DNA of 64,000 nucleotides, taken from assembly GCA_016861205.1 (NCBI GenBank), contig BOKX01000001.1:831835-895834 (forward strand), read 5' to 3'. This DNA comes from Patescibacteria group bacterium (GTDB lineage: Bacteria > Patescibacteriota > Microgenomatia > UBA1400 > PJMF01). This document shows, piece after piece, positions 48,837-58,655 of this stretch (the stretch's first letter is position 1; every line of letters starts with the position of its first letter). Position numbers and translations under genes: made by a program. The notes beneath the pieces are model-generated. The model searched no databases. It was given only the letters and a program-made list of their open reading frames with translations, and was not told the origin of the DNA.

Positions 48837-51800
48837 ATGCCGGTTCAGCACAGTCATATGGTGGACAGCCCAACCACAACCAGCGCTCCGTCCTCAACTC
48901 GCACCAAACAGCAAGTCTGGTTGAAGCGGCTGCAGATTCCTGCCATCAAAGATGGTCAACGCGACCAGTTCCTGACTGCTCTTCAGCAAATCATTACCTC
49001 GATTACCAACACCAACTTGAGCAAGGTCACGATCGTCGACCCGTTCCGACTAACGTTCGCCGGCAGCACTCGACCGGCTCAAAGTTACAGTGTTGAGTTC
49101 AAAAACCGCCCCACCGAAGGTGACACCGATCAAGCGGTGATCTCGGCCCAAACCGAGAAAATGTACCTCGATGACGTGGCGGTGCTCTTGCTGGACGTCG
49201 CTAACTGGATTGAGGCTGCATTTCCCAAGACTCCAGCGGCCAACCGATTTGCCAAAAACGACACGCTCGATAATGTACGTGAACTAGTGACCAACTCGTT
49301 CGAAGGGATTGAGCCTGATTTTGCCAAACTCAACACCAAACGAACTGAGCTGCTGAACTTAGCTGCTGAAATCAGCGAATCTCTGGAGAGCTTGATTACT
49401 TCCGCTGGCGAAACCACCAGTGGCTATGACAGTTTGCGGCCGTTGGTTGCAGAGCTGGAGCGTGACCCTGCTCAAGCTTTAGCCTTGTGGAGCAGCGATA
49501 TCTTGGTTTTGGCGCAAGCCGTTCGGGACACCAAACAGCTCCCTACCCAAGCCGTGGTCTCGGCTCAGCCGCTCAGCACCGTCCGGGCTGTGCACGGCAA
49601 CCGTTTTAGTCCGCCAGAAGTTCGGCTGGTTTTACACACCTTTAGTAAAGCACTGCAAACAATCTTCAAAGATAGCGACGGCACCAAGAAGTACCTCAAC
49701 CGATACTTAGCCAAAGAGAACCAAAATCGCCCAATCAACGCCATTCTCGATCCTCGAGATCTCGAGTTGTTATTGAGTGAGTCATCGCCATTTTTCTTCC
49801 GACCTGAGCTCAGCGCCGCCGATCTAGCTTTGGCTAGCGAACAGGAACTGCGTGATAGCGATATTCAACAAGCCCGCGCTTTTTACACTTTCTTTACCAA
49901 AAAAGAAGTCTTTGGTCGCATCTTCGGCAAAGAAACCCTCCCCGAACTAGCTGGTGAAGCAGGGACTGAGGCAGCTGCTGAGGCTGGTGGCAGTGAGGAG
50001 ACCAAGGAGGAAAAACCGCCCGAGACCACTACCCCGACACTCATCCAGTTCTCAACTGCCCTCAATGAAGTCAACATTCGCATCACCAATGCCATTATTG
50101 ATGAGCTTAACCTCAGAGGAATTGGGTCGGCTCGTTTGGAGCGCCTCGTTTGGCAACAACTCTTCAGCGACATGCTGCAAAGACTTGAGGGACGAGCCTA
50201 CTTTGATCTCCAGTCTGCAACTCTCGATCCACAAGGCAAGGTGTATGACGCTGCTACTCGCTCGGTCGTGAGCAACCTGTTCGAAATTTGGGCTGGGCAG
50301 TACGTACCGGTGGCAGTGGCCACTTTTATGCAGCGGATTGGCCAACCTGCTACCTATCGCCAAACTATCTTGTCGTGGGCCGAGACAGAAGTTGCTGTTT
50401 TTGAGGGTAAAATGGAACTGGCTCCCGAAGCCGTCCCCGTCAACAACGCCACTGTCCTACTCGCCCTCAGCAAATTAACTCAACTGGTTCAAACGGGCGA
50501 CCGCGGTATTCTTCCTGGTCGGGCTGAAGACTTCAACAGCAGTTGGTGGTCCCAGCTGCCACTGGCTGAGCGGCGGCGGCTGACGGCACTGGTGCTTGGT
50601 CCCACCATCGGAACAGGCGCTGAAAAAGTTCGGTTAGCGAACGCCCTGGCCATCAACTACTTTGGTAGCACCGACATGGGCTTTGATGGCTTTGACCCCA
50701 CCCAACTGACTGGTGGGCTGCGCGATCAATTCGTCCCGATCCAAAACTTGTTCCTCCAAAACATTGAGACAACTTTGGCTGAGCTGAACTACGAAGACTT
50801 TGTTCGCTGTCTCAACAATCCGACCTATGCTCGGTTGTTCGTCCTCAATCGAATTCGATCGAGGTTAAATCAAGATCCAAGATTCCAAGCTTCAGTCCAA
50901 GCTTTCTTACAGGCCCGCACCCAAGAACAGCGTCAAGCTGCCGCTAAAGCTCTGGCCGGTGACGCCGCGGCTGATGGCATTTTGGCCCTGCAACTTGACC
51001 AAAGTGTTGATAGTTTATTGGTCACCTTCCAGGATGAAACGAGCGCCAAACGGTTTGTTGACAGCTTGACACCCACAGAGATAGCCCGTCACTTCGGTCG
51101 CAGCCTCAGTGAAGAACAAGCCGCCCGGTTCAAAAAAGAACTCAACAAACTACTCAGTGAGCGCTACAAAACTGAAAATGCACTGTTGAATCAGCGGCTG
51201 CGTGGTGAAGGTTTGAGTCGTCAATCTGGTAACGTCGGTCTTTTCACGTACGATGACGACACCGACGCGGATGAACGCGAACAACTCCAAGATAGTCTTG
51301 ATCGCTATCGCGAAGTCCTGCGAACAGTCAATGTCCGGACCGTTATCTCGGCTGCTCACACTCCCTACTCATATGTGGTTGGCCAAACAGAACCGACCAC
51401 CGCTAACGAGGAGGCGATTGCCGAGTGGCGATACCGGCAAGCATTTGTCCAAAATCTTTGGAAAGAGCTTGAGTTGGCTGGCCTAACTGAAGCCGCCAAA
51501 GCCGATCCCAACTTTACTCCCTCGGTTCTCATCCAAGAACTTAATTCGAATCGTAAAAAGACCCTCAGTGCCAAAACCCTTGGTGGTCGAGCCAAAAACT
51601 ACTTCCACCGGCTACGCGGTGGCAAAGAAGAGACAGTTGGAAACGCGGTCCAAAAAGCCACAACTGGCGCTGCTGAAATGGCAGCTGCCCAAGCTGCCGG
51701 CATGGCCGTAAATGCTGCTGTGCCTGGATTGGGAACGGCTTTAAACGCCGTCAGTACTGGCCTTGAGCGACTTGGCATCAAGAAGCGCTATCAAGCCCTT

Positions 51801-53207
51801 GGTGGCTTGATGATTGTGCTCAACTTTCCGTTTACCTTCTTAGGAGCTGGGTTAGGAGCTGCCATCGGTGGCTTTTTCTTTGGACCTGCCGGCGCTAGCA
51901 TTGGTGCTGGCATCGGTGGCGGCATTGGTTTCGCAGCTGATGTTGTCTACAAAACTGGTGCCGATCTCTTGGGTGGCGCCAAAACTGCCTCGGCAGCTGG
52001 TCAAGCTTCGCTTGGCGAAGCCCAGAGCGTCCTCGGCGGGACCCCAGCGGCTGCCACACCCGCAACCACCACTGGAGCTGCCGCAGCAGCCACTCGAGTT
52101 CCGTTTATCGCTACCCCAACTGCACCAGTGGTCATTGCTACTGTGGGAACGGCTGTTGTTTCGACAGTCACCATCATGGCCATCCAGAACTCATTGATCG
52201 ATCCCCTGACCATTACTCCACAAGCTACCGAGTACTCGCAGTATGTTGAAATCAGCAAAAAAGTTTTACCAGCCCAGATCGAAAACAATCAAGCCACTGA
52301 TATTACCTATACCATTGAAATTACCCCGCGAGAAGACTACGTGATTGTGCCTGGTGTTGATCAAACCACCGACACGTTTTCATACCTAGGCGGCGATGCC
52401 CTCACCCTCCCCGACCAAACAGAAGCAGTCCGCCAGCAACTCGGCAGTGATCCTATTACTGGCAAAAAAACCATTACGTATACTGTGCCCGCTGTCAGCG
52501 GCGTAGATGTTCAGGTCAACAACAAGTTCCATTTTGTGTTCCAAGTTCAAGGCATTACCGGCGACGTCCAGGTTCTCGACGTGATTGGTTCATTAACAAT
52601 TGGTGATCCGGAGATTGGGTGTTTCACCTTTGCGGAAGGTGGTCAGACTTTTGGAGGTGGTGAGTTTGCCATTCAATCCAAAGCCTGGAATGATAAAGAC
52701 CGAACCCAAGTCTTGTCAGCCTTCAACCGCCGAGCCGGCACCAACTCTAACTATATTAGTTTATTGTGTGAGAAGGGCCCCGTCGAACTGTATCGACTCC
52801 CCGGTGGTGGTGGCGGTAGTTGTAACGGGGAATGTGGTGGTTGGGCACCAGCTGCCTACGGTGGCAACAAAGTTGGTATTTATGACCCCGGCGTTCAGTA
52901 CAGTATAGATAGTACTGAATACACCCTAGTTCATGAACTCGGCCATGCTATTGATTATCGCAACGGCAACCTGCGCACCAACTTTAATACCATCTGGTCA
53001 GGTCGCTGTTATACCTATCCATTCCCCGCTGTTTGTTCTTCTGGTAGTGGCGAGGCTTTCCCCGAAGCCATGGTGCTATACGTCATCTCAAAGACATATC
53101 GCTTCTCGATCAATGACGCACCTCAGTTATTCGACTTTCAAGGTCGGTACCAAGCTGAGTATAATTGGATGCGAGACAACATTTTTGGCGGACAAGAGTT
53201 TAATTAA
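48837..53207 (+). CDS. Very large hypothetical protein (1456 aa) with C-terminal HExxH zincin-like motif, candidate effector/toxin
   Basis: No signal peptide. Internal Gly-zipper hydrophobic segment GGLMIVLNFPFTFLGAGLGAAIGGFFFGPAGASIGAGIGGGIGF. The C-terminal region has Cys pairs and TLVHELGHAIDY (HExxH). Confidence 0.55.
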   Translation: MPVQHSHMVDSPTTTSAPSSTRTKQQVWLKRLQIPAIKDGQRDQFLTALQQIITSITNTNLSKVTIVDPFRLTFAGSTRPAQSYSVEFKNRPTEGDTDQAVISAQTEKMYLDDVAVLLLDVANWIEAAFPKTPAANRFAKNDTLDNVRELVTNSFEGIEPDFAKLNTKRTELLNLAAEISESLESLITSAGETTSGYDSLRPLVAELERDPAQALALWSSDILVLAQAVRDTKQLPTQAVVSAQPLSTVRAVHGNRFSPPEVRLVLHTFSKALQTIFKDSDGTKKYLNRYLAKENQNRPINAILDPRDLELLLSESSPFFFRPELSAADLALASEQELRDSDIQQARAFYTFFTKKEVFGRIFGKETLPELAGEAGTEAAAEAGGSEETKEEKPPETTTPTLIQFSTALNEVNIRITNAIIDELNLRGIGSARLERLVWQQLFSDMLQRLEGRAYFDLQSATLDPQGKVYDAATRSVVSNLFEIWAGQYVPVAVATFMQRIGQPATYRQTILSWAETEVAVFEGKMELAPEAVPVNNATVLLALSKLTQLVQTGDRGILPGRAEDFNSSWWSQLPLAERRRLTALVLGPTIGTGAEKVRLANALAINYFGSTDMGFDGFDPTQLTGGLRDQFVPIQNLFLQNIETTLAELNYEDFVRCLNNPTYARLFVLNRIRSRLNQDPRFQASVQAFLQARTQEQRQAAAKALAGDAAADGILALQLDQSVDSLLVTFQDETSAKRFVDSLTPTEIARHFGRSLSEEQAARFKKELNKLLSERYKTENALLNQRLRGEGLSRQSGNVGLFTYDDDTDADEREQLQDSLDRYREVLRTVNVRTVISAAHTPYSYVVGQTEPTTANEEAIAEWRYRQAFVQNLWKELELAGLTEAAKADPNFTPSVLIQELNSNRKKTLSAKTLGGRAKNYFHRLRGGKEETVGNAVQKATTGAAEMAAAQAAGMAVNAAVPGLGTALNAVSTGLERLGIKKRYQALGGLMIVLNFPFTFLGAGLGAAIGGFFFGPAGASIGAGIGGGIGFAADVVYKTGADLLGGAKTASAAGQASLGEAQSVLGGTPAAATPATTTGAAAAATRVPFIATPTAPVVIATVGTAVVSTVTIMAIQNSLIDPLTITPQATEYSQYVEISKKVLPAQIENNQATDITYTIEITPREDYVIVPGVDQTTDTFSYLGGDALTLPDQTEAVRQQLGSDPITGKKTITYTVPAVSGVDVQVNNKFHFVFQVQGITGDVQVLDVIGSLTIGDPEIGCFTFAEGGQTFGGGEFAIQSKAWNDKDRTQVLSAFNRRAGTNSNYISLLCEKGPVELYRLPGGGGGSCNGECGGWAPAAYGGNKVGIYDPGVQYSIDSTEYTLVHELGHAIDYRNGNLRTNFNTIWSGRCYTYPFPAVCSSGSGEAFPEAMVLYVISKTYRFSINDAPQLFDFQGRYQAEYNWMRDNIFGGQEFN

Positions 53208-53230
53208 TTGCTTGATTCGCCAGCAACTAA

Positions 53231-53863
53231 ATGGCGTTCAGTTCAACTCAACCCAATCCCAACACTCCGCTCCAGCCGATCCCGTGGTGGAGAGAGTATT
53301 GGTGGATACTCGGCTTGATTGGTGTTGCTGTTCTCCTCGTACTGGCATTTCTCATCCAATTATTTGTAGCTGCTCGTTACCCCGTTAACCAAGAGAACAC
53401 CTGGAATGCCATCACTCCCGGTTACACAACTTTGTTTCAGGTTGAGAGTCGCCTGGGACAACCCATCAGTAAAACTAGAACGGCAGAAGGTACAAAAGTT
53501 ACCTATACTTCCCCCTTTAAAGCAATTCCGCATGAAGTCATCGCCGATCAACAAAATAAAGTCGTGTTTATCCGTGAACTGTTACCCGCTGATAGCACTC
53601 TCACTCTCGAAGAAGTTAAGGCAGAGTTCGGTGAACCAGATATGTCTTTGTTCCACACCACTATCGCCATCGGGCAACAAGCTCATGTTTTCTTGGCAAA
53701 AGGAGTTGTAGCCGTGGCAAATTTGAGTGATGGCCGAATTGAAGAAAAGTGGTACTTTGAACCCACCACCGCTGACGCATTTATGAATTCGTGGGGTAAA
53801 GACCTCAGTGAAGATGGGGCTGGCCCTGAAGAGTTTCCTGCTCCGCCTGAAGCCCAGCTCTAG
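53231..53863 (+). CDS. Hypothetical membrane-anchored protein
   Basis: N-terminal TM helix WWILGLIGVAVLLVLAFLIQLFV, then a soluble domain. Confidence 0.45.
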   Translation: MAFSSTQPNPNTPLQPIPWWREYWWILGLIGVAVLLVLAFLIQLFVAARYPVNQENTWNAITPGYTTLFQVESRLGQPISKTRTAEGTKVTYTSPFKAIPHEVIADQQNKVVFIRELLPADSTLTLEEVKAEFGEPDMSLFHTTIAIGQQAHVFLAKGVVAVANLSDGRIEEKWYFEPTTADAFMNSWGKDLSEDGAGPEEFPAPPEAQL

Positions 53864-53911
53864 GCAACTTTAAGCCTGCGGCATCACCTCTTTTCCTGCT
53901 ACAATCATAGT

Positions 53912-55054
53912 ATGCGAGAACATCCGATCCCTCAGGATGTGGTTGGTTATCGGTTTCACATTGTCGGTAACATGACCATCAAACAGTTCGCGGAAATCGG
54001 CGCGGGCTGTATCGTGGCGTTCCTCATTTACACCACCAACCTGTTCGACTTAATTAAGTGGCCCTTGATTGGTATCAGTGTGGCCATGGGTGCTATGGCG
54101 GCTTTTGTGCCGTTTGAAGAGCGCCCGCTCGATCACTGGTTGATCACGTTCATCAGAGTCATGTACAAGCCCACTCTGTTTTACTGGCGTCGGGAACCAA
54201 AAGTGCCGGAACCGTTTCTCTACCAACCCAACCAAGTCAAAAATACTACAACCGATCTCGACTTGAGCCCTGCGCGTCGCCAACGCATCAAAGAGTATTT
54301 GGGCACACTCAACCAGGGACAAGCTCCCGACCAACTCGAACTGATGGAACAGTCACGACTTCAAGAGATCATGATGGCGTTTCAAACCACACAAGGCGTG
54401 GGCTTGATTAAACAAGGACACCGAGCTACCCTGACCGTTCGCACACACAGTCTTAAGTCACTGCCCACTGACACCACCACAGCCCAGCCAGCACCAGCTT
54501 CGGTCACCGTTTTTGAAACACCCGCCTCCTCTGGGCTACCCACCAGCACCTCTTTGGCTGCCAACAAACAGCTTCTGGGCGTTCATCAGGTGGCCACTTC
54601 CATTGAGATTCCCGAGGCACCAACGGTAAACTTGCAATCTTCCCAACTCACCACAGATGAGGCAACAGCCATCAATGCAACCCAGGCACCTGCTGATGAG
54701 CGCGCCTATACTGATGTGGCAGCAACCCCAGCAATCGTGGGAACGGCTTCACCTGCCGAGTTGAACGCGAACCTACCCTTTCCCACGCGCCCATCCGAAC
54801 CCAACAAACTGGTAGGAATGGTGTTGACTCCCACAAACGAACTTATCAACGACGCAATTGTTGAAATTGGCACCCCGCAGGGGCTCGTGGCTCGAGCGGT
54901 AAAAACGAACGCACTTGGCCAATTCTTTGTCACCACCCCCTTGCCGTCAGGTGAGTACACCATCAGCGTTGATAAAGAAAACTATCAATTCTTGCCCCAA
55001 TCACTCAGCTTGACCGGTCAGGTCGTCGATCCAATCGAGATTCGCAGTCTGTAA
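53912..55054 (+). CDS. PrgI/VirB3-like T4SS membrane protein fused to Thr/Pro-rich linker and carboxypeptidase-regulatory-like beta-sandwich
   Basis: N-terminal approximately 100 aa (PQDVVGYRFHIVGNMTIKQFAEIGAGCIVAFLIY...WPLIGISVAMGAMAAFVPFEERPLDHW) match the PrgI-family two-TM pattern. The C-terminal GMVLTPTNELINDAIVEI...GQFFVTTPLPSGEYTISVDKENY resembles a CarboxypepD_reg domain. Confidence 0.5.
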   Translation: MREHPIPQDVVGYRFHIVGNMTIKQFAEIGAGCIVAFLIYTTNLFDLIKWPLIGISVAMGAMAAFVPFEERPLDHWLITFIRVMYKPTLFYWRREPKVPEPFLYQPNQVKNTTTDLDLSPARRQRIKEYLGTLNQGQAPDQLELMEQSRLQEIMMAFQTTQGVGLIKQGHRATLTVRTHSLKSLPTDTTTAQPAPASVTVFETPASSGLPTSTSLAANKQLLGVHQVATSIEIPEAPTVNLQSSQLTTDEATAINATQAPADERAYTDVAATPAIVGTASPAELNANLPFPTRPSEPNKLVGMVLTPTNELINDAIVEIGTPQGLVARAVKTNALGQFFVTTPLPSGEYTISVDKENYQFLPQSLSLTGQVVDPIEIRSL

Positions 55055-55129
55055 AAAAAACTCACTACCAACTAAAATTTGCCCCCGCTACAGCAAATGC
55101 TTGCTTTGGTCTCCTGAACACTGGACCGA

Positions 55130-56407
55130 ATGAGTACTTCACACAGCCTAGAGAGATTCCGCTATAATGATGCTGTCATGCCGACGACACCGTCTGTCCA
55201 GTCCACCACCCAACAGTTTTTGGATATCTACGATATCACCAACGACCTCTTGATCATGAAGGACGGCAGTACCGCCTTAATTATCACGGTGAATGCCATT
55301 AATTTTGGTCTGTTTGCTGAAGAAGAACAGGATGCGGTTATTTACTCGTATGCTAGCTTACTAAACTCGCTGAACTACCCCATTCAAATTGTCGTTAAAT
55401 CCCAAACCAAAGACGTGACTGCTTACCTTCAGCTACTTAAAGATCAAGAAGACGAAACTCAAGATATGGAAAAGAAGGAGCGCATCAAGCGCTACCGCAT
55501 GTTTGTCGGTGACCTCATTCATGAGGGCAATGTTCTCGATAAAAAGTTCTATGTGGCGATTCCCGCCACGGCGCTGGAAATGGGCTTGCTCCCACCCCAG
55601 ACCGTCATTCCTGGTGTAAAAAAGGTGGACATTTCATCAGTTGAACGCAGTGTCATCTTGCAAAAAGCTCGCGACATTCTCGAACCAAAGCGAGATCACT
55701 TGATTGGCCAGTTTGCCAGAATTGGTTTGCAGGCTCGCCAATTGACCACTCAAGAAATCATTCAGCTGTTTTACACTAGTTACAATCCTGAGGCCGCCGA
55801 AGGTCAGCAAATTACTGACACCCGGAGTTACACTACTCCCTTAGTGAATGCTCAAATGCAGAGTTCCGGTCTCCAGCCCGCCGCAACTCAACCAGTACCA
55901 ACTACCGTACAAGGAGTCGACCCTATGTTAGCGACTACCACCCCTCCTACCAACCAAGCCCCTGGCAACACGCCCACCCCGGCCCCAATGCCTGAGACTG
56001 CGCCAGCTATGACGCCGCCGGTTGCACCAGTTCCAGTGGCACCAGCTGCGCCAATCGTTAGTGACAACCCTGCGGTGCCCACGCCACCTCCAGCACCAAG
56101 CATGCCACCAGCTATGCCACCGGCTAGTCCCGCACCCACCCCAATCCCAACTCCGGTCCCAGCCCCGATGAGCCCACCAGCTCCAACTCCAACTCCAGCT
56201 CCAGTGGCACCGCCAGTGGTCCCTACCATTGAAGCGCAAGCTGACATTGACTCAGCGCTTAAAGAGTTGGGTGGCGCTACTCCAGCGGCACCAGCTGCTG
56301 AGAGCAGTTCCGGCATGGCCGTCCCACCCAGTACCCCACCGGGACCGGCCCCAGCAGACAATCCAGCGGCTGGCGCGGGTGCTATGCCACCCCTACCAGA
56401 GATTTAA
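55130..56407 (+). CDS. T4SS-locus hypothetical protein with N-terminal globular domain and Pro/Ala/Thr-rich tail
   Basis: The N-terminal 240 aa (DLLIMKDGSTALIITVNAINFGLFAEEEQDAVIYSYASLLNSLNYPIQIVVKSQ) recall the N-terminal domain of VirB4/TrbE-type ATPases. The C-terminal 180 aa are low-complexity P/A/T. Confidence 0.45.
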   Translation: MSTSHSLERFRYNDAVMPTTPSVQSTTQQFLDIYDITNDLLIMKDGSTALIITVNAINFGLFAEEEQDAVIYSYASLLNSLNYPIQIVVKSQTKDVTAYLQLLKDQEDETQDMEKKERIKRYRMFVGDLIHEGNVLDKKFYVAIPATALEMGLLPPQTVIPGVKKVDISSVERSVILQKARDILEPKRDHLIGQFARIGLQARQLTTQEIIQLFYTSYNPEAAEGQQITDTRSYTTPLVNAQMQSSGLQPAATQPVPTTVQGVDPMLATTTPPTNQAPGNTPTPAPMPETAPAMTPPVAPVPVAPAAPIVSDNPAVPTPPPAPSMPPAMPPASPAPTPIPTPVPAPMSPPAPTPTPAPVAPPVVPTIEAQADIDSALKELGGATPAAPAAESSSGMAVPPSTPPGPAPADNPAAGAGAMPPLPEI

Positions 56408-56451
56408 TACGACTAGCATCATCCCAAGCTGGTGACGTACAATAAGAAGTA

Positions 56452-58518
56452 ATGCCTAATTTGCTGGCTAGCCTGCCACTACCGTTCGCCAAGAAACCTG
56501 CCGCCGAGACAAATCCCGAGGCGGCCCAGGCTGAACGTGATATGGAACGCCTGAAAGAGTTCTCGCGTGGCCTGGTAACCATCCAAGACATTATTGCGCC
56601 TGAGGCTATTGAGGTTGATTTTACCTACCAAAAAATCAACTCCACTTATACGCGCACGCTGTTCGTGGCTGGCTATCCCAGAACCGTGCCGGCTAACTGG
56701 TTGTCGCCATTAATCAACTTTCCTAACCAGCTCAACATCTCAATGTTCATCTTTCCGGTTGATGTGAAAGACGTGTTGGACAACCTAAAACGCAAAATTA
56801 CCGAGATGGAGGCGGAAATTCAGTCCGATATCCGGCAGGGCAAGATTAGCAACATCAATACTGAGGTCAAACTGGAAGATGCGCGAGTGATTCGGGAACA
56901 GCTGGCCAAAGGCTCCGAGCGGTTTTACCAACTCGGCTTGTACGTAACCATCCAGGCAAAGAGCAAAGAGGACCTCGAACGTGTTACTAAAAGTTTGCAG
57001 TCTACACTCGGCTCGCTTTTGATTGTGTCCAAAAAGGCCACCCTCCAGATGGATGAGGGCTTCAAAACCACCCTCCCAATGGGCTTGGACAAACTGCTGG
57101 TAACTCGCAACATGGACACCACGTCGCTGGCGACAACCTTTCCCTTCACCTCGTCAGAACTCACCATGGAAACAGGAATCATGTACGGCATCAACGAGCA
57201 CAATGATTCGCTGGTGATTTTTGATCGCTATAAGATGGAAAACGCCAACATGGTGGTGTTTGCCAAGTCTGGTGCAGGTAAGTCATACACCGTGAAGCTC
57301 GAGATTTTGCGCCAACTCATGTTTGGCGTGGAAGTCATTGTCCTTGACCCCGAACACGAGTACGAAGATCTGTCCAAATCAGTGAATGGCGAGTACATTA
57401 ACTTTACTTTCAATTCTGAAAAGAAAATCAACCCTTTTGACCTGTCGGCCCTCTATGAAGAAGGTGAAAATGAGTTGGGTCAAAAAATTATCTCGCTGCA
57501 TGGCTTGTTAAAAGTCATGCTGGGCCAGATGACCCCCACTCAAGATGCTCTACTCGACCGTGCCCTGGTAGCTGCTTACAAGGCCAAAGGCATTACTCCT
57601 GACCCAGCCACCCAAACCAATGAACCACCACTCATGGAAGACCTGTACAAGGCTTTGATTGGCATGGAAAACAACGAAGCTAATGACATCGCCGCCCGGC
57701 TGGAGAAGTTCATCACTGGTTCGTTCCGCGGTATTTTTGACCATCCATCGAACTTTGACATCACCAATGAGTTCACCGTCTTTTCCGTCAAGGACATGGA
57801 AGAGGAGCTGCGGCCGATCGCCATGTTCATCGTGCTGGACTTTATCTGGACTCGCGTCAAAAAGAACCTTAAGAAACGTTTGTTGGTCATCGATGAGGCC
57901 TGGTACTTCATGAAACACCCCGACTCGGCTTCATTTATTCACTCGATGGCCAAACGGGCTCGCAAGTACTACCTTGGCATCACCACCATCACCCAAGACG
58001 TTGAGGACTTTTTGCATAGTGACTACGGCAAAGCCATCGTGACCAATGCTTCCATTCAATTCTTGATGAAACAGTCCACTGCGTCCGTTCCCATCTTGGC
58101 CGAAACATTTTATTTGTCTGAAGGTGAGCGACAGCTTTTGGTTTCAGCTGATGTCGGAGAAGGAATCTTTTTCGCCGGCCAGAATCATGTGGCGCTGCGG
58201 GTGGTAGCCAGTGACGAAGAACACCAAGTCATCACCACCAATCCTGAAGAAATTCTGCGCCGACGGGCTACCGAACAGGCTGCTGCCGGAGCCACAGCTC
58301 CAGTCGCCTCTCCACAATCACCCAAGATTACACCGAGTTGGATGGCGGCCCCCGCAACAAGCCCTGCCGCTGGCTCCGCCCCGACCAATCAAGCGGGAGC
58401 TGCCTCTGTTGGCCCCAGTCCTGGAACGCCCACGGCAGCTACCAACGCTACCGAACAACCCGCCTCCCCGTTTAGTCGCTACTCCATCGATAACTACGTT
58501 CCCCCGAGCGAAACCTAG
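56452..58518 (+). CDS. VirB4-like type IV secretion ATPase (Gram-positive PrgJ/TcpF type)
   Basis: N-terminal TRTLFVAGYPRTVPANWLSPLINFPNQLNISMFIFPVD pattern. Walker A VVFAKSGAGKSYTV. Walker B LLVIDEAWYFM. Pro/Ala-rich C-terminal tail. Confidence 0.75.
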   Translation: MPNLLASLPLPFAKKPAAETNPEAAQAERDMERLKEFSRGLVTIQDIIAPEAIEVDFTYQKINSTYTRTLFVAGYPRTVPANWLSPLINFPNQLNISMFIFPVDVKDVLDNLKRKITEMEAEIQSDIRQGKISNINTEVKLEDARVIREQLAKGSERFYQLGLYVTIQAKSKEDLERVTKSLQSTLGSLLIVSKKATLQMDEGFKTTLPMGLDKLLVTRNMDTTSLATTFPFTSSELTMETGIMYGINEHNDSLVIFDRYKMENANMVVFAKSGAGKSYTVKLEILRQLMFGVEVIVLDPEHEYEDLSKSVNGEYINFTFNSEKKINPFDLSALYEEGENELGQKIISLHGLLKVMLGQMTPTQDALLDRALVAAYKAKGITPDPATQTNEPPLMEDLYKALIGMENNEANDIAARLEKFITGSFRGIFDHPSNFDITNEFTVFSVKDMEEELRPIAMFIVLDFIWTRVKKNLKKRLLVIDEAWYFMKHPDSASFIHSMAKRARKYYLGITTITQDVEDFLHSDYGKAIVTNASIQFLMKQSTASVPILAETFYLSEGERQLLVSADVGEGIFFAGQNHVALRVVASDEEHQVITTNPEEILRRRATEQAAAGATAPVASPQSPKITPSWMAAPATSPAAGSAPTNQAGAASVGPSPGTPTAATNATEQPASPFSRYSIDNYVPPSET

Positions 58519-58655
58519 CTTGGATTGATGTCGCCTGCCGTTTCTGCCCTTGCGGAGTGTGGAAAAAACTGTGTATAACCGCTGTTACCAAACTTTCAAC
58601 GAAGTTTACTGAAAGCCTGTCCCCTGCTTGCCCCAGCACAAGGTTAACGTTTGTC
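58519..58655 (+). promoter_or_regulatory. dnaA upstream region with DnaA-box-like sites
   Basis: TGTGGAAAA (about 58558-58566, reverse complement TTTTCCACA) and TGTGTATAA (about 58570-58578, reverse complement TTATACACA). Each is a 1-mismatch variant of TTATCCACA. Confidence 0.4.

Noticed and set aside
55888-56361. Minus-strand 157-aa and 103-aa Gly- or Arg/Trp-rich ORFs inside the 55130 gene
   Set aside because: Antisense artefacts of the Pro/Ala/Thr-rich coding region. Same reasoning applies to 43784-44369 and 45131-46005 plus-strand ORFs opposite the acidic and Pro-rich genes.
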